Assembly (NCBI RefSeq): GCF_009834535.1
Contig: NC_045724.1
Coordinates: 7,750,001 to 7,814,000, forward strand
Reading direction: 5' to 3'
Source: Camelus ferus
Lineage: Eukaryota
DNA length: 64,000 nucleotides
The position numbers and the translations under genes were made by a program. Each line of letters opens with the position of its first letter. The stretch's first letter is position 1. This document shows, piece by piece, positions 9,927 through 22,890 of this stretch. The notes below the pieces were generated by a model that was not told the origin of the DNA, made no database searches, and saw nothing but the letters and a program-made list of their open reading frames with translations.

Positions 9927-10829
9927 ACTGAAATCATTCTTTTGGTTTTAAGTCTGGACCCTTCACAGGAACCTTTCTAAAGGTGCTGTCAACTTGGTCA
10001 CTTTACCAAGGAGGAAGACGGGGTCTCGGCCCGGTGGCCTTCGATGAAAGAACAAGTGTGTAGCTTGCTGGTGACTCAGCACACTGAGGTCCTTGGAGGC
10101 GCCATCTGATTTCAGGAAGAAAGAAATGCCAGCAAAGAGCAAGCTGTTTTGAACCTCAACTTGAAATGTAATGCCTGCCTTGATCTGGATGAGCTGCAGG
10201 GCTTTTCACTCAGATGTTTTAGTGCTCTGCTCCGGGGCGGGGGAGGCGAGAAAGAAGCCAAGGGACCTAGAAACCCAGCCTTTCTTTCTGAGCTGTCTGC
10301 AGGTATTGACCTGCATTTGCGTCAGAACTTTCCCCCAGGCCCCCAAGTCCCAGAGAAGCCCCAGGTAAACAACTGTGGAGAGACAGGTGTAGGAACAGGG
10401 GCAGGTGTCCGGATTTTGTGCCACAAGGCTGTGATATCATGCTTCTTTTAGCATTATCTTGTAAATTTCCCATTGTATTCACTATTATGTTTCTATTTTT
10501 TGTGAAGTGCTTCTTGTTGCATTTGGACTTTTAACTCAAGTTAAAAGACAGCGCCTGAATTTGAAAACTCGTAATCATTCATGGGCCGTTGCTAGGTGGT
10601 CTCTGGCTTGATTTAGCAGAAGAGACTCGAAAACAACCTATTAGGCAGAGAGAGACTGGCTGTCACCCCCGAGAGAGTTGATTACTAAAAAATTTCTGCA
10701 GCTACTTTTATTTATTTATGTTTTATTGTTGTTGTTAATATCTCCCCTGGGGCATGGCTTTGTTTCTGGTGTGTAGGAGTGCTTTATACATGTGGGACTG
10801 AATCAGAAAATGAAAGAAGGCCATATCTG

Positions 10830-11315
10830 AGCCCTTCATCATCCTCTTTGACCTCATTTCCTACCACCGGCCCCTCCATCACTCTGCTCCAGCCACACCA
10901 CACTCTGCTGTTGCTGGAATGTGCAAGTATGTACTCACCTCCAGGCCCTTGCCCTGGCTTTTCCCTCTGCCTGGAATGTTCTTCCCCCGACTCTGGTCAT
11001 CTGCCTGTAATCTGTCATCACTAGGGGCTCTGCTCTAAGCCCACCTTCCCCATGTGGTCTCCCCTTAGGACCCTATTTAAAATAGTCCCCCACCTTCACC
11101 CCCTCATCTCCCCTCCTGCCGCTCCCTACCGTCCCTTCCTCTTTTGTTTTTCTCCATAGTACTTAGCATCATCTGATGGAATGTCTGTATATTTCACCGA
11201 TCACTCGTTAACTGTCTGTTGTGCCTGGTGTGTTCACTTCTACGGACAGTCACTTCCTCGGCGCCTGACGTATAGGAGGCACTCAGTAAACATCTTAGTT
11301 GAATGAATGAGTGAA
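10830..11315 (+). mobile_element. LINE2 (L2a-like) 3' fragment
   Basis: tctgcctggaatgttcttccccc ... ggcactcagtaaacatcttagttgaatgaatgagtgaat. Confidence 0.8.
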
Positions 11316-11867
11316 TCCAGTCCCCCCTTGTTACCACTCAGAAGTGGAACCAAACAGATCCAAACAGTTATGTCTCTATCCCCCTCCATTCCCCACCATG
11401 AATCTTTTATTTTAAAAACTACCAGAGAAGGTAATTTCATGTTTCACTTCAATATTTTCACTATTCTAAAATTCTGCTTAAAAAAAGTCGAACTCAAACA
11501 TTCTCCAAGTCTATTTCCATTTTGGTGTGTGTTTAGTGGGGATGGATGGACACTGGTCACCTGTTTGATATCCCCCACAAAAGACCCTACTCTTATCTGG
11601 CCAGCCCACCTCTCCGGTTTGTTCCCATGTCACTCTCTGCCTTGCTCAGGAAACTCCAGCCACCACCTGAACCTGGAGCAAACCAGCTCTGTCTCCTCCC
11701 TGGTGCCTCAGTCCCTGTGCCCCTTCTCCCTGGAATGCTTAGCGGACGGCTCTTCCGTTTGGGGTCACAGCCCCACGTCACGGCTCAGAGGGGCCTTCCT
11801 CGGTCACCTTGGCAAAGGCAGCTGTTCCCTTTCCCGACTCCTGTCACTCTTTATCCCCTGATGACTC

Positions 11868-12082
11868 CATGTGGGGTCAAGAGCTGGCTTGAAGCCAGAT
11901 GCCTGGTCTCCAGATCCCAGTTCTCACTCTTGTTTAAATGCTCTGTGATTCAGTTTCCTCATCTGTAAAATGGGAATGTAATTGTAACTTACAGGTTTCT
12001 TGTGAGTTTTACATGTTGTATTTAATATATACATAAAGTACTTAAAACAATGCCTGCACCTAGTAAGCACTCAATAAACACT
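11868..12082 (+). mobile_element. MIR
   Basis: cagtttcctcatctgtaaaatggga ... tagtaagcactcaataaa. Confidence 0.85.
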
Positions 12083-12176
12083 AATTTTTTTTTAATACCC
12101 TACTCTTTCCCCAAAAGGCATTCAGTTCTTAATTCATCTTCACCTCCACCTTCTCTCCAGTTAAGGGGTATCAGCA

Positions 12177-12435
12177 TTTTTTTAAATTGAAATATCATTG
12201 GTTTACAGTTTATTGTTTCTGGTGTACAGTATAGTAATTCAGTTATACATATGTGTATATATATGTATATATTCTTTTTTGTATTTTTTCTATTATAGGT
12301 TATTACAAGATATTGAATATAGTCCCCTGTGCTATACAGTAGGACCTCATTGTTTATCTCTTTTGTATGTAATAGTTAGTATCTGCAAATTCCAAACCCC
12401 TAATTTACCTCCTGCCCTTTCCCCTTTGGTAACCA
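12177..12435 (-). mobile_element. Short L1 3' end
   Basis: tttctggtgtacagtatagtaattcagttatacat ... ccctgtgctatacagtaggacc ... cccctttggtaacca. Confidence 0.85.
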
Positions 12436-13784
12436 AAGGTAGTCAACCTTTTAAGATGGCGATGGGGAAACACCACATCTGCATTTACAGAAATGGAGAA
12501 AAAAGAAATTCTATTGTGGGAACAGACTACATCCACCCAGGTTTCACAGAAGAGCCACACAGATGAAATGTTTAGACCAAATGTGACCAGGTGAATGAAA
12601 CTGAGATATCAGAGCTTGAAATAAGTTGGAGTTCTGGAGGGCTAATAAGTAAAATATTTATACTCATGTTTTGAGTATGTAATGAGTGAGTCTTACGGAA
12701 GTGGAGACAAGCAGTTGTCAGGTGGAGAGCCACATCCACACACAGGACAGAGACAGTGTAGGCTGTGAAGGGGTGGGGACTTTCATTCTTGACCTTGTTT
12801 CTGATTATCAAACAGCCATGGAGTGTAGCAGGATTTTGGGGGCAGCCTTTTCTGTTGGGGGCACAGAAGCAGTCAGGACCTCACCTTCTAAAGAACCAAA
12901 ACCCACTTGGGATCCAATACCTCCTTTAGGGTTTTTAATAAGAGGACAAACTATCCCTGCCATGTTCAACAATAGCCCCCTAGCTGACCCCATCCCAACT
13001 TACGTAAGAAGATGGGGAGAGCACGGGAAAGAAAATGATCGTCACTGTGGGGAGCTGGCCTGGTGGGGCTTCTCTCTCCCCTCCCTGCGGATGTCGGAGA
13101 GTTCCAAGGTCTCAGGAGGGATTGCCGTGGCTAAAGGAGGTTACAGGAGTCACTGAAAGTGGGTTCGGGGCTTGGGCCACTGTCAGGGATGAAGGCAGAC
13201 AGAGCTGCCTCCTTCTGCACAGGTTGTGGTTCTTGGAAAGGGAGGGGGTCAGGGTGAAGCTGAACATTGCCCCCTCTCCAAATACCACACATGTCATCTA
13301 TTTGGAAAGCATCACATCCGCAGAGGCCTCTGGCATCAGAGGGAAAGCGATAGAGCCAGAGAGAGAACACGGGTGCCTGCCCCTCCCTTTGACTTATATG
13401 AGAAGATATCTTGCTCCGTCTTTTCACAGTAACTCATGCCTGTGGTTCTGGGGGCACCACTTATACTGCAGCAGAGATTTGTACACAGAGATGCCAGAAT
13501 TGGAGGCAGGGTTCTTGAGTGGGAGGAAAAAAGACTCGAGGAGGAGAGAGGGACCTGCTGAGATGAACTTAAATTGTAGCTGGTATTAATCTCTCTCCAG
13601 CCAAGAAGAATTCCCAAAGGGAGAGGATAGACCAAAGGATTTCTTTTAGCACACAATTACATAAAACTGATTTTGAAGTTGTTTTTCATCTTCTGCCATA
13701 ATTAGGCCTTCCTAACCCCGGAAATGTCAGTAAAAAGTCTGATTACAGAGTCATTTCCAGTTACCAATGCTCTAGGACAGTGGA

Positions 13785-13935
13785 TCTTAATTTTGTGAGC
13801 ATCCCTGGGGAGACTGAGAAACGCCTGATGGCCGATCCACACCCAGACTGGTTACATCAGAAGCTCTAGAGGTGGCATTAGTATTTAAAAAATCCTCCAG
13901 GTGATTCAAAAAATATACAGCCATGGTTGTTCATT
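13785..13935. mobile_element. MER5A-like hAT-Charlie fragment
   Basis: cagtggatctt...catcagaagctct...aatcctccaggtgattc. Confidence 0.6.
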
Positions 13936-14120
13936 GTTGCTTTAGGGAAACGAGAGGAAAGTGATGTGGAGCTTGGGGCAAAGCATTCAGGGAAGAGGGA
14001 GAGGCCAGACGCTGAAACGGAGGTTGCTTGTGAAGCTGATTAGGGGACAGCCAAGCAGGTGGCAGCCCTTGGGCTGTTACCCCCTTACCTAGGGAGCCTG
14101 TATAAGAGTGGCAGGCTTGG

Positions 14121-14984
14121 CACATGAAAAAGATGCTCAATATTGCTGATTAATCAGAGAAATATAAATCAAAACTACCATGAGGTATCACCTCACACCA
14201 GTCAGAAAGGCCATCATTCAAAAGTCTACAAATAGCAAATGCTACAGAGGGTGTAGAGGAAAGGGAACTCTCCTACACTGCTGGTGGGAATGTAATTTGG
14301 TGCAGCCATTATAGAGAACAGTATGGAGATTCCCTAAAAAACTAAAAATAGACTTACTATGTGATCCACTCTTGGGCATATATCCAGAGAAAATTCTAAT
14401 TCAAAAAGATGCATGCACCCCAATATTCATTGAAGTACTATTTGCAATAGCCAAGACAAGGAAGCAAATTAAATGTCCATCGAAGGATGATTAGATAAAG
14501 AAGTTGTAGTGTATATATACAATGGAATACTACTCAGCCATAAAAAAGAACGAAACAATGCCATTTGCAGCAACATGGATGGACCTAGAGATGATCATAC
14601 TCAGTGAAGTAAGTCAGAGACAAATGTCACATGATATCATTTGTATGTGGGATTAAAAAAATGAGACAAATGAACTTATTTACAAAACAAAAAGAGACTC
14701 AGACATAGAAAATAAACTTACAGTCACCAAAGGGAAAGTGAGGAGAGGGATAAATAAGGAGTTTGCGATTAGCAGATACACATCACTATATATAAAATAG
14801 ATAAACAACAACGTCCTACTGTATAGCACAGGAAACTATATTCAGTATCTTGTAATAATCTATAAGGAAAAGGAATATGAAAAACAATATGTGTATATAT
14901 ATATATGTATGACTGAACCACTAGGCTGCACACCAGAAATTAACACAACATTGTAAATCAACTATACCTCAATTAAAGGAAAAA
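14121..14984 (+). mobile_element. L1 3' ~860 bp (end of ORF2 + 3' UTR) with 17-bp TSD
   Basis: cacatgaaaaagatgctcaa...gcaacatggatggacctagag...aaatcaactatacctcaattaaa; TSD aagagtggcaggcttgg (14104-14120) / aagagcggcagacttgg (14985-15001), 2 mismatches. Confidence 0.93.
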
Positions 14985-15549
14985 AAGAGCGGCAGACTTG
15001 GTCCAGTGATCAAAGGGCATAGGTGGGAAGTAAATGCTGGTCCTCAATGTCAACACTGATTTTCACTGATATTTCCCGTGGCTTAAACTAACTTGCATTT
15101 TTCTGTCGATGTGGAGCTTGGCTCCCTTCCAGAGGCACTGAACGCTGGCTGCTGACCTGGAGCTGAGAAACTGTCCCTCTAACCATCTTCCAACCACGTG
15201 GTTTCTAGACACAACGCAGTCAATAACTGTGAAGGAAACATATCTTTCTATTAATACAAAGATTTATGTATTGCTGTTTTATTTCAGACATGCTGAGCAA
15301 TTTAATTAGATCAAGTTATTTTGACATTAAATACCATAATGCACATGTATATTCTTTCTAATTCGATTAAAACATTAGATGTCTCAGTGAATGTTGAGGG
15401 GGTAAAATGTTAGAGACTTCTACAATCACTCCCCTCCACTTCCCACTGCCCAGGGTCAGCCATGACATTGTACCTCTATTGAAGCAGAAATCCTCCAAGT
15501 CCTTCCAGCAGAGAATTAACTCGCACGTGAACAAGACTGGTACACATTC

Positions 15550-15680
15550 CTGCCGCATCAGTCACCTGTGGTTCTTGTTAAAAAATAGAGATTACTAGGA
15601 CTGATCCCAATCTACTGAATTAGATGTGGGCAGGGGTGCAGGGACAGGTTTTTGGAAACCTGGAGGTCCACGGATGTAAG
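15550..15680. mobile_element. MER5-like fragment
   Basis: gcatcagtcacctgtgg ttcttgttaaaaaatagagatt. Confidence 0.5.
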
Positions 15681-15969
15681 TAGTCCTACAGGATTCGGGG
15701 GTGTCTGTTCCCATCACTCCTTCAGGACTCTTCTTGCTCCTGTCATCTCATCACCTATGACGGTTGTGACTCTCAGCGTCTCCGGCTCCCACCCACTCCC
15801 CATCCCAGGATCGTGTCTTCTGTAATAATGACAACACTGACAACAATTGTGTCCACGGCAAAGACTGCTGCTTGTCTACTACGCCATTCGTTCTCTCCTG
15901 TTTTATTAACAGAATCCCAGTCTTCACGCAGGATGACAACGTGGCCAGTCTTAAGCCCCCATTTGAGCT

Positions 15970-16330
15970 ACGTGTCATCGTGGGGCTACACTCTGCTCAG
16001 TGCGCTGCAGTCAGAGCATTGTGCAGGATTTTTGAAAGTAAAGGTAGAGGTGCAATCTTCTATGCCTCTTGCCTCTTCTTCCTCTTGAGGGTGGATGTGT
16101 TGGCCAGAGCTCCAGAACCATCCTGGACCTTGAGGTGATGAGCTAAGGGCAATGGAGCCAAAGAGAGAGAAGGATCTGGTCTCTGACATTCAAGGAACGG
16201 CTGCTCCGGCCAGGTTCGGGACTGACTGCCTCAGGACTGTTACTGCCTGAGAGAAAAGCAAACACTTCTGTGTTTGAGCCATTGATAAGCTTGGCTTTTT
16301 AGTTATTCACTGAATCAAATCCTATGATAA
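15970..16330 (+). mobile_element. MaLR LTR (MLT1J/K-like)
   Basis: ccagagctccagaaccatcctggaccttgagg ... tttgagccattg ... ttagttattcactgaatcaaatcct. Confidence 0.65.
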
Positions 16331-16570
16331 TAAGTAACATTTATCGACCATAGCCTCTGCATCAGGCACCGTGCTAAGCTTGTTCCAAGTATTTTCTAAT
16401 TTAATCCGCATAAAAATCATTTAAGAGAGATTCCATTATTACCCTCATTTTATAAATTAAAAAAATTAACCATAGAGAGATTTTAAGTAACTTGTTTAGT
16501 ATCACTCAGCTGGTAAGTTCTGGGTGCAGTATTTGAACTCCAGCAGGCAGAGCTTAGGAACCAGACCCCC
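16331..16570 (-). mobile_element. MIR
   Basis: caggcaccgtgctaagc ... ccattattaccctcattttata ... taagtaacttgt. Confidence 0.75.
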
Positions 16571-17229
16571 ATTTCTGTACATGAGGATGTCACTCTCATG
16601 AGGTTCCTTTGGTATCAAGGGCTGAGAAGGTTTGTGTTCCTCCTGAATGAACCAAACCTCTTTCTCTATTTCTCTATTATTATTGATTCTCTATTATTAT
16701 ATGAATTCCTGCCTACAGTTTTTTCTAGTGAACTGTCCTCAACTCTTGGTCCTCGGAGGAGGGAGTCTGGGGAGAGAACTAAGGAAATGATCTAAAGCTC
16801 TGCTCCTGGACTTCTGAATTTATGGGACCAGTTTGCAAACAAACCAGGTACAAACCAACAAACCAAAAAACAGGTGATGGACATAGAGTTCAAAATTTTT
16901 ATTTTTCAAAGTAAGGGCATGAATAAAAAAAAATACTCTCATCTTCCATGAACAGAATTTCATGAAAAGAGCAAATTTTCATGTGAGAGAAAACATTGAA
17001 AATAATCACAAAATAAAGGGCAGCCCTTTAAGCCAAAGAAATTTAATTATACATTTAGCATTTGAAAAATATAGTTCTCTCTCTCTTTCATTTTTTTTTT
17101 TTTTTTTTTTGAGGACTAGTGAAAATGTCATTGGGATTTGGGAAACCTCTGGGATCTCAAAAAAGGAGCAGAGAGTTAAAAAGTGGAACTGCTACTGGAG
17201 AATGAAGTCAGGCCAAGTGATGTTGAGTA

Positions 17230-17700
17230 CATGTAGCGAGACTGCTATTTGACACCAATACCCATTCTCTCTTTCTTCCTTAGTAATGCAGCTCTGGTGT
17301 TTATTTGGGGCAATATCCAGCTAAAACAAATTGTCTATACATCCTTGCAGGTAGGGTCGGCCACGCGACTAAATTCTGACCAATGAGATATAAGCAAACC
17401 TGGCGAATGGGATTTCTAGAACTGCGCTTCACTGGAGCTCAGCTACAAAGGGCAACCTCTTGTCTTCCCCTCTCTTTCTCCTCCTGCTTATCTCGGAGGA
17501 CGTGGTGATTGCTGACTATTGCATCTCTCTTGGACTGAGGAGAGCAAGGCAGAAAGGTGGCATCCTGGGTCTCCGATGACATTTTGGAGCCCTGAACAGC
17601 TCACCTTTGGACTTCTTTTACATGAGAGGAGAATTTCTTCTTATCTAAGCTACTACTTAATTTTTTTTCTGTGACATACATCTAACCCTAACAAATACAA
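17230..17700 (+). mobile_element. MaLR LTR (MLT1J-like)
   Basis: cccattctctctttcttccttagtaat ... ctaaattctgaccaatgagatataagc ... ctaaccctaacaaataca. Confidence 0.75.
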
Positions 17701-20334
17701 AGAGATAACTCCAAATCCATGTTAGACAAAGAGAATCATAATAATATTAAAAAAAACTTCAAGAAATTGACTGTCTTACTTATAGAAAATCAAAGCCAGT
17801 GCTGTGAAGTGGCTTACCCAGAGGCACATCACTCAACATTCAGCCTACGAAGATTTATTGAGCTTGTCCTGTGTGTGACTCTTTGCCAGAAGCTGGGGCC
17901 ACAAAGACAAAGCAGAGTATGATTCACCTTACCCAGAAACTCACAAAATGGAACAAGATCTTTCTCCTTGCACTGTGAGCTTGGTGGTAGATGCTGTCCA
18001 GGGACCCTCAACCAGGGGGCTAAGACTGGTCCTGGGGAAAGAAGGACATGGGACAAAGAGGAGAGGTGTCAAGTTGCTGATCACTTGGGGCTATCTTGCA
18101 ACTTGGAGAAAAAGCAAAGGAGGCAAGAGAAGAAATGGCTGTATTTAACTTCTGTGGTAGTCAAGACTAAAAGGATGCATGGAGACAACGATACAGATTT
18201 CCATGTTCTTTTTCTGTAACGTGCACATATGTGTGTAAAATCACATTCACATATGCACACATGCAGCACATAACACAGGAAAAACTTCTCAGGATTGCGT
18301 TTCTCTTGCTCCTTTAAAAACATCTTGTGCGTTTGGGTGCATGTTTATATGGTTTATGTGGCATGGGGGTGGGGAGGTGAGGGGCCCCTNNNNNNNNNNN
18401 NNNNNNNNNNNNNNNNNNNNNNNNNNNNNNNNNNNNNNNNNNNNNNNNNNNNNNNNNNNNNNNNNNNNNNNNNNNNNNNNNNNNNNNNNNNNNNNNNNNN
18501 NNNNNNNNNNNNNNNNNNNNNNNNNNNNNNNNNNNNNNNNNNNNNNNNNNNGAAGCAGGTGCACCCAAAACAAACAATATCATTTCTTCTATTATTTGTA
18601 GAGTTTAGAAACAAAACAAAACAAAACAATACTCCACTCCTCCCCTCTGGGGCAGGGGAGGGGGAGGGGACCTCCAGGGATGCTCAGTGCGATGAGATAA
18701 AAAAAAAAAAAAGATTGCTTCTCAGCATATGTAACAGAAAAGAAACTAAATACAAAACTAACAAACAAAAGGAAAAGCCGGGGACTACCAGACAATGAGG
18801 AAGAGTGGGCCAAATCAAGTTAAAACAGCACAATAATGTTACCTTTGGGTGTGTTTGTGGTCAGCCTCCTGTATCACCATCAGAGTTAATGAAATGTGCC
18901 AGGGCACATTTTAACGGCTCCTCACAGGGCTTTTTGCTCGAGACCAGTCCACTGAAGGACAAAGACACAGTGTTTCTGTTTACACAGGGGTTGCCGCCAG
19001 CATGTAACACACACAGGCGCTTGGCAGTAAGGACAGCAGAAAAAATCAGAGGTGGATGGTGGGACCTCAGATGCCCCACTCCTCCACTCTCCTGCACCCC
19101 TTCTGAAACCTGGGAAGGCTACGGCAATGTGTCTGCCTGGCCAGGTAACATTTGTAAAAATAAATTATTTTGTGCACTTTCAGTGGCCCCCAAATTTATA
19201 AGCTTCAGGCCTTACAAAATTTGCATCCACCCTGAGCAGGCTTTATTAAGGTTTCCACTAAAAGCTCTCCCCACTTTTTTTTTTTTTACTAAAAAAATAA
19301 ACCCCTTGATTTCCCAGGATGCAAGGATGAGGACCCACGCATGGCGGTAGCCAAAGCCAGAAGTCCCAGCTGACAAAGATGGAACAGGACAGAAGGTGTG
19401 TCTGGGGAGTGAGAAGATTAAAGAGCTCTAACCTGGGGCTCCCAGGTGAGTTTGGGTCCAGGTCCCCTTGGAAAAGTGTAGCAATGTCGATGGACAGGAC
19501 CCCCAACTTGCTGAAGCCCTCCACAGCCTGTGCAGGGATCTGGGCTAGCTCTCTGGTATTTTACCATGTAGTATTTAATGTGATTTTGGCCGAATAGTTG
19601 AAGGCTTGAAGAACTGCTGTTCACGTCTGCTGCAGGGCTGGGTAGGGGAACTGGCCTCCACTGGGGTCCGCAGGCTGGCTCTGCCCAAGGATGCAGTCAG
19701 GTCTACGCGTATCTGGGGGACGGTAGTTACAGGAAGGACTGAGGTGACTTCTGGGAAGAATTCAGGGGAAGAGGGAACTAAGAAAAACTACCAGCCTTGG
19801 AACACCAGGGGTTGCTTTGAATACAACACGGTGTCTGTCATCTAGATTTTTCTTACAGCTCAGTCCCCAAGGTCCCAATAAAGAGGGTCCAGAAAATTAA
19901 AAAGCCGTTTCGCTACAATGGCTGTAATGGCACTGAGACCCCCCAGGCTGAACCACAGCCCGCTGTGATTGTGATAAGGGTGTTTTCTCCAGAGGTCACT
20001 GTCAAAGCCCCATGGAGCACAGAACTAGCCCTGCTCCTTCCCCCGGGAAGGAAGTCTTCTGAGCACAGAGCATCTGGAAAGGGTGCAGAGAAGACATGAT
20101 GCTTCTGTGGTCTTGGCAGCTTCGGAGTGATGCGGACAAGTTTGGTGGCCACTTGGTGAAATTAGGGCAACAGAAAAATGTTATCACGAGGCTAGAAGAA
20201 CACGTGAGCTGTCTTTGAGCCACTAAAAAAAAGCTAGCCACGGGGAGCTGGGATCGATAGTAACCACCACAGTCAGCACAAGGCAGCAGTGACAACATAA
20301 TAATGACTATGAGGATGACAGCACAGGTTGATAA

Positions 20335-20590
20335 TCTATGTTTGTAAGAATGCAATAGTTTACAGTAGCGTATGATTACCGTGGTCCAGGTATCAACACT
20401 CTGTCTCCTCTAATGTTCAAACCACAGTAAAGGAGGTGCTCTGATGGGTCCTATGATGACAGCTACTCTACAGATGGGGAAACTGAGTCTCCAGAGGTGG
20501 TAAGTAACTTGCCTGGGACTAGCACAGAGCTAGTGTGTCCTGGGGCAGGCAGTCTAGCCTGATCTGTCTGACTCAAAAGCCCACCTTAAC
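20335..20590 (-). mobile_element. MIR
   Basis: ctctacagatggggaaactgagtctccagaggtggtaagtaacttgcc. Confidence 0.75.
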
Positions 20591-22569
20591 TTTCGCATAC
20601 ATGGTAGTGGGAGCAAAGGAAACCAAAGAAATAGTGCTTTTGCTTCTCTTACTGTGAATTGCTTTCAACCATCAGATTGCTGGTGTGACCCGGGAAACAT
20701 ACAATATTATTGTGATAATTAATTAGATTGTACGTGCATTCTTTGTGTATTCATTTCTTGAATGACTGTAGCTAAGCTCTGGGCTATGCTGACTGGTGTC
20801 CTTCCATTTTATGAAGATCTCATGCTAAAATTCTAAAAAGGCTGTGTGCTCTTAGAGGTTTCCTATTTCTATTTTGTTACATTTTCCCCCCTTCTAGGCA
20901 GTTTTATTTTGCACAATCATAGCTTTTATCTACTTATATCCCAGTGTAGGAAACACCTTCTTCATTACCTATGTTTACATAATTGGACCAAAGACTAACC
21001 TTAGTTTATTTCTCGCAAGTCTGGCCAAATTGGGAAGGTTGAATTGTGCCTCTATGACTGAAGGGAGGAAATTGGAAAAATGTTCTGCCAAAATGCGCTC
21101 ACTGATTTACTGCCGTTGTATACACAAGAATCAAGGTTTACTGTCTGCTTACAGAACTCGACCATGCATAACTAAAGGCATCATTCTGTACAGGTAAGTT
21201 AAACGGATTTGTAGAGGAGTCACTGTTCTGGTGAAGAGGAAGATATTTAACTTCATGGAAGATATTTAACTTCATGGAAGTTGAGGGCCCTTTTCTGGGC
21301 ACCACACCTGCTGAGAAGACAGAATCCATTACAAATGTAATGGTTGAACCAGAATTTCCACACTGCAAAACTCTATGGCTGATAAAGTTTTGCTTGCTGA
21401 GTGAGAACACAGTTTGGCGTTTAAATTCGCCTATTGTTTATAACTTATTTCATGGAAACGTTGACTTTGGAAAGGTACACGCTGTGATCTTGACTCTGTA
21501 TAAAACTAGTTGGGGGTGGGGGAATCATAAGTTTAAGGGGAAACCTATTCTCTTCTGGATAAAAATAGTTCCACTCACTCGATTGCTTTGCAAGGAAAAC
21601 ATCAATTAGATTGAACAATGTTCCCTGTGGAACGTAGATGCCGCGTTGTCTCTGGACACCTCCTTTGAATTTGGTTTGGACTCTGTCATGTCTTCTGTTA
21701 GGAGGAAATTATCAACAACAAGAGGAAATCCTGTACTAGTATTGAATAGTCCTTATTTTAAAGGTACTTCCCTTCGTGTGGGAATTGTATGCATCAGAAC
21801 AACACTACAAAATGTCTGAATTACTTTACAAGGTTGACTTTCAGCCCCATTTTTTTTTCTAAAGATCAACTTATTGTGCTTAAGATATAGTCAATTGTTG
21901 AGCTAGACAGCATTCTTCTTGAGCTGCATGGACCTCACCAAGGTGGGGTGGAGGTTAAAACAGCCACAGGAAGCAAAAGGTCCTTAGAGACACCCATGTT
22001 TTCTAGCACACACAATGGCTAATAAGTGCTAAAATTACTCTGGAAAGAACCCTTGAGTCACAAACATTTGCCCCTTTTTCACCTATCTTCCGGCTGAGGG
22101 GAACTGGGCAATCCTGCCTGTGATTCTCCTCCAGTTGGTTTGGCTCAGCCAAGGGATGGAAGGGAAGGGATGACAACTGGGTCTTGAAGACCTGAGATGG
22201 AAGAAGAAAAACTGAAACTTACTTTTCTGCTTCTGAGAGTAGCTCCTGTGGGGAAGGAGCTGCTTAGAAGCAGAAGGAGCCCAAGGGAATCATCTTTATC
22301 TCAAAATCTGGCCTCTCATTTAGTCCATGAAACTGATAAGCAGTCCGTAAGGGATGCCTGATGCAGTGTTCTGCGTGCCGACCCCGGCCGCCATGCTTCT
22401 CGAACATTCGCAGCAAAAGGAGGAGAACCTGGAGGCCCAGGGGGCTTCGCTCAAAGCAATCAGGTGCAAGTGCAAACATTCCTTGAATTCCTGTATCTTG
22501 TCCTGTATCTTGTCTTAAACATTCATAAGCCTCTTGTATTCTGCTCCACTGGTGCATCAATGTTGGCTT

Positions 22570-22890
22570 CCCTGTAAGTTCAATAGACCATTCCCTGATG
22601 ATGGAAATGTTCTCTATTTGCACTATCCCATACAGTAGCCACTAGTCACATATGGCTATTGAGCACTTCAAACGTGGCTACAGTAACTGAGGACCTGAAT
22701 TTTTAATTGTATATCATTTTCATTTATTAATTATTTATTTTTTTGGAGGGGGGGTACTGGGGATTGAACCCAGGACCTCGTGCATGCTAAGCATGCAATC
22801 TACCACTTGAGCTATACCCTCCCCCCTAATTTTAATTAATTCAAATGACTAAATGTGACTAGTTGGCTGCCCTATTGGACAGGCCAGTTC
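22570..22890. mobile_element. MER3 (hAT-Charlie) split by a SINE
   Basis: caatagaccattccctgatgatggaaatgttctctatttgcact...gtagccactagtcacatatggctattgagcactt ... ctattggacag. Confidence 0.85.
22720..22826 (-). mobile_element. tRNA-derived SINE (camelid Vic-1-like)
   Basis: reverse complement ggggagggtatagctcaagtggtagattgcatgcttagcatgcacgaggtcctgggttcaatccccagtacc + A-rich tail; Pol III A and B boxes. Confidence 0.9.

Noticed and set aside
12198-12566. 122-aa ORF
   Set aside because: Antisense reading of an L1 3' UTR
22745-22826. tRNA-like sequences (also 40826, 52551)
   Set aside because: SINE heads with A-rich tails and degenerate cloverleaf, not functional tRNA genes
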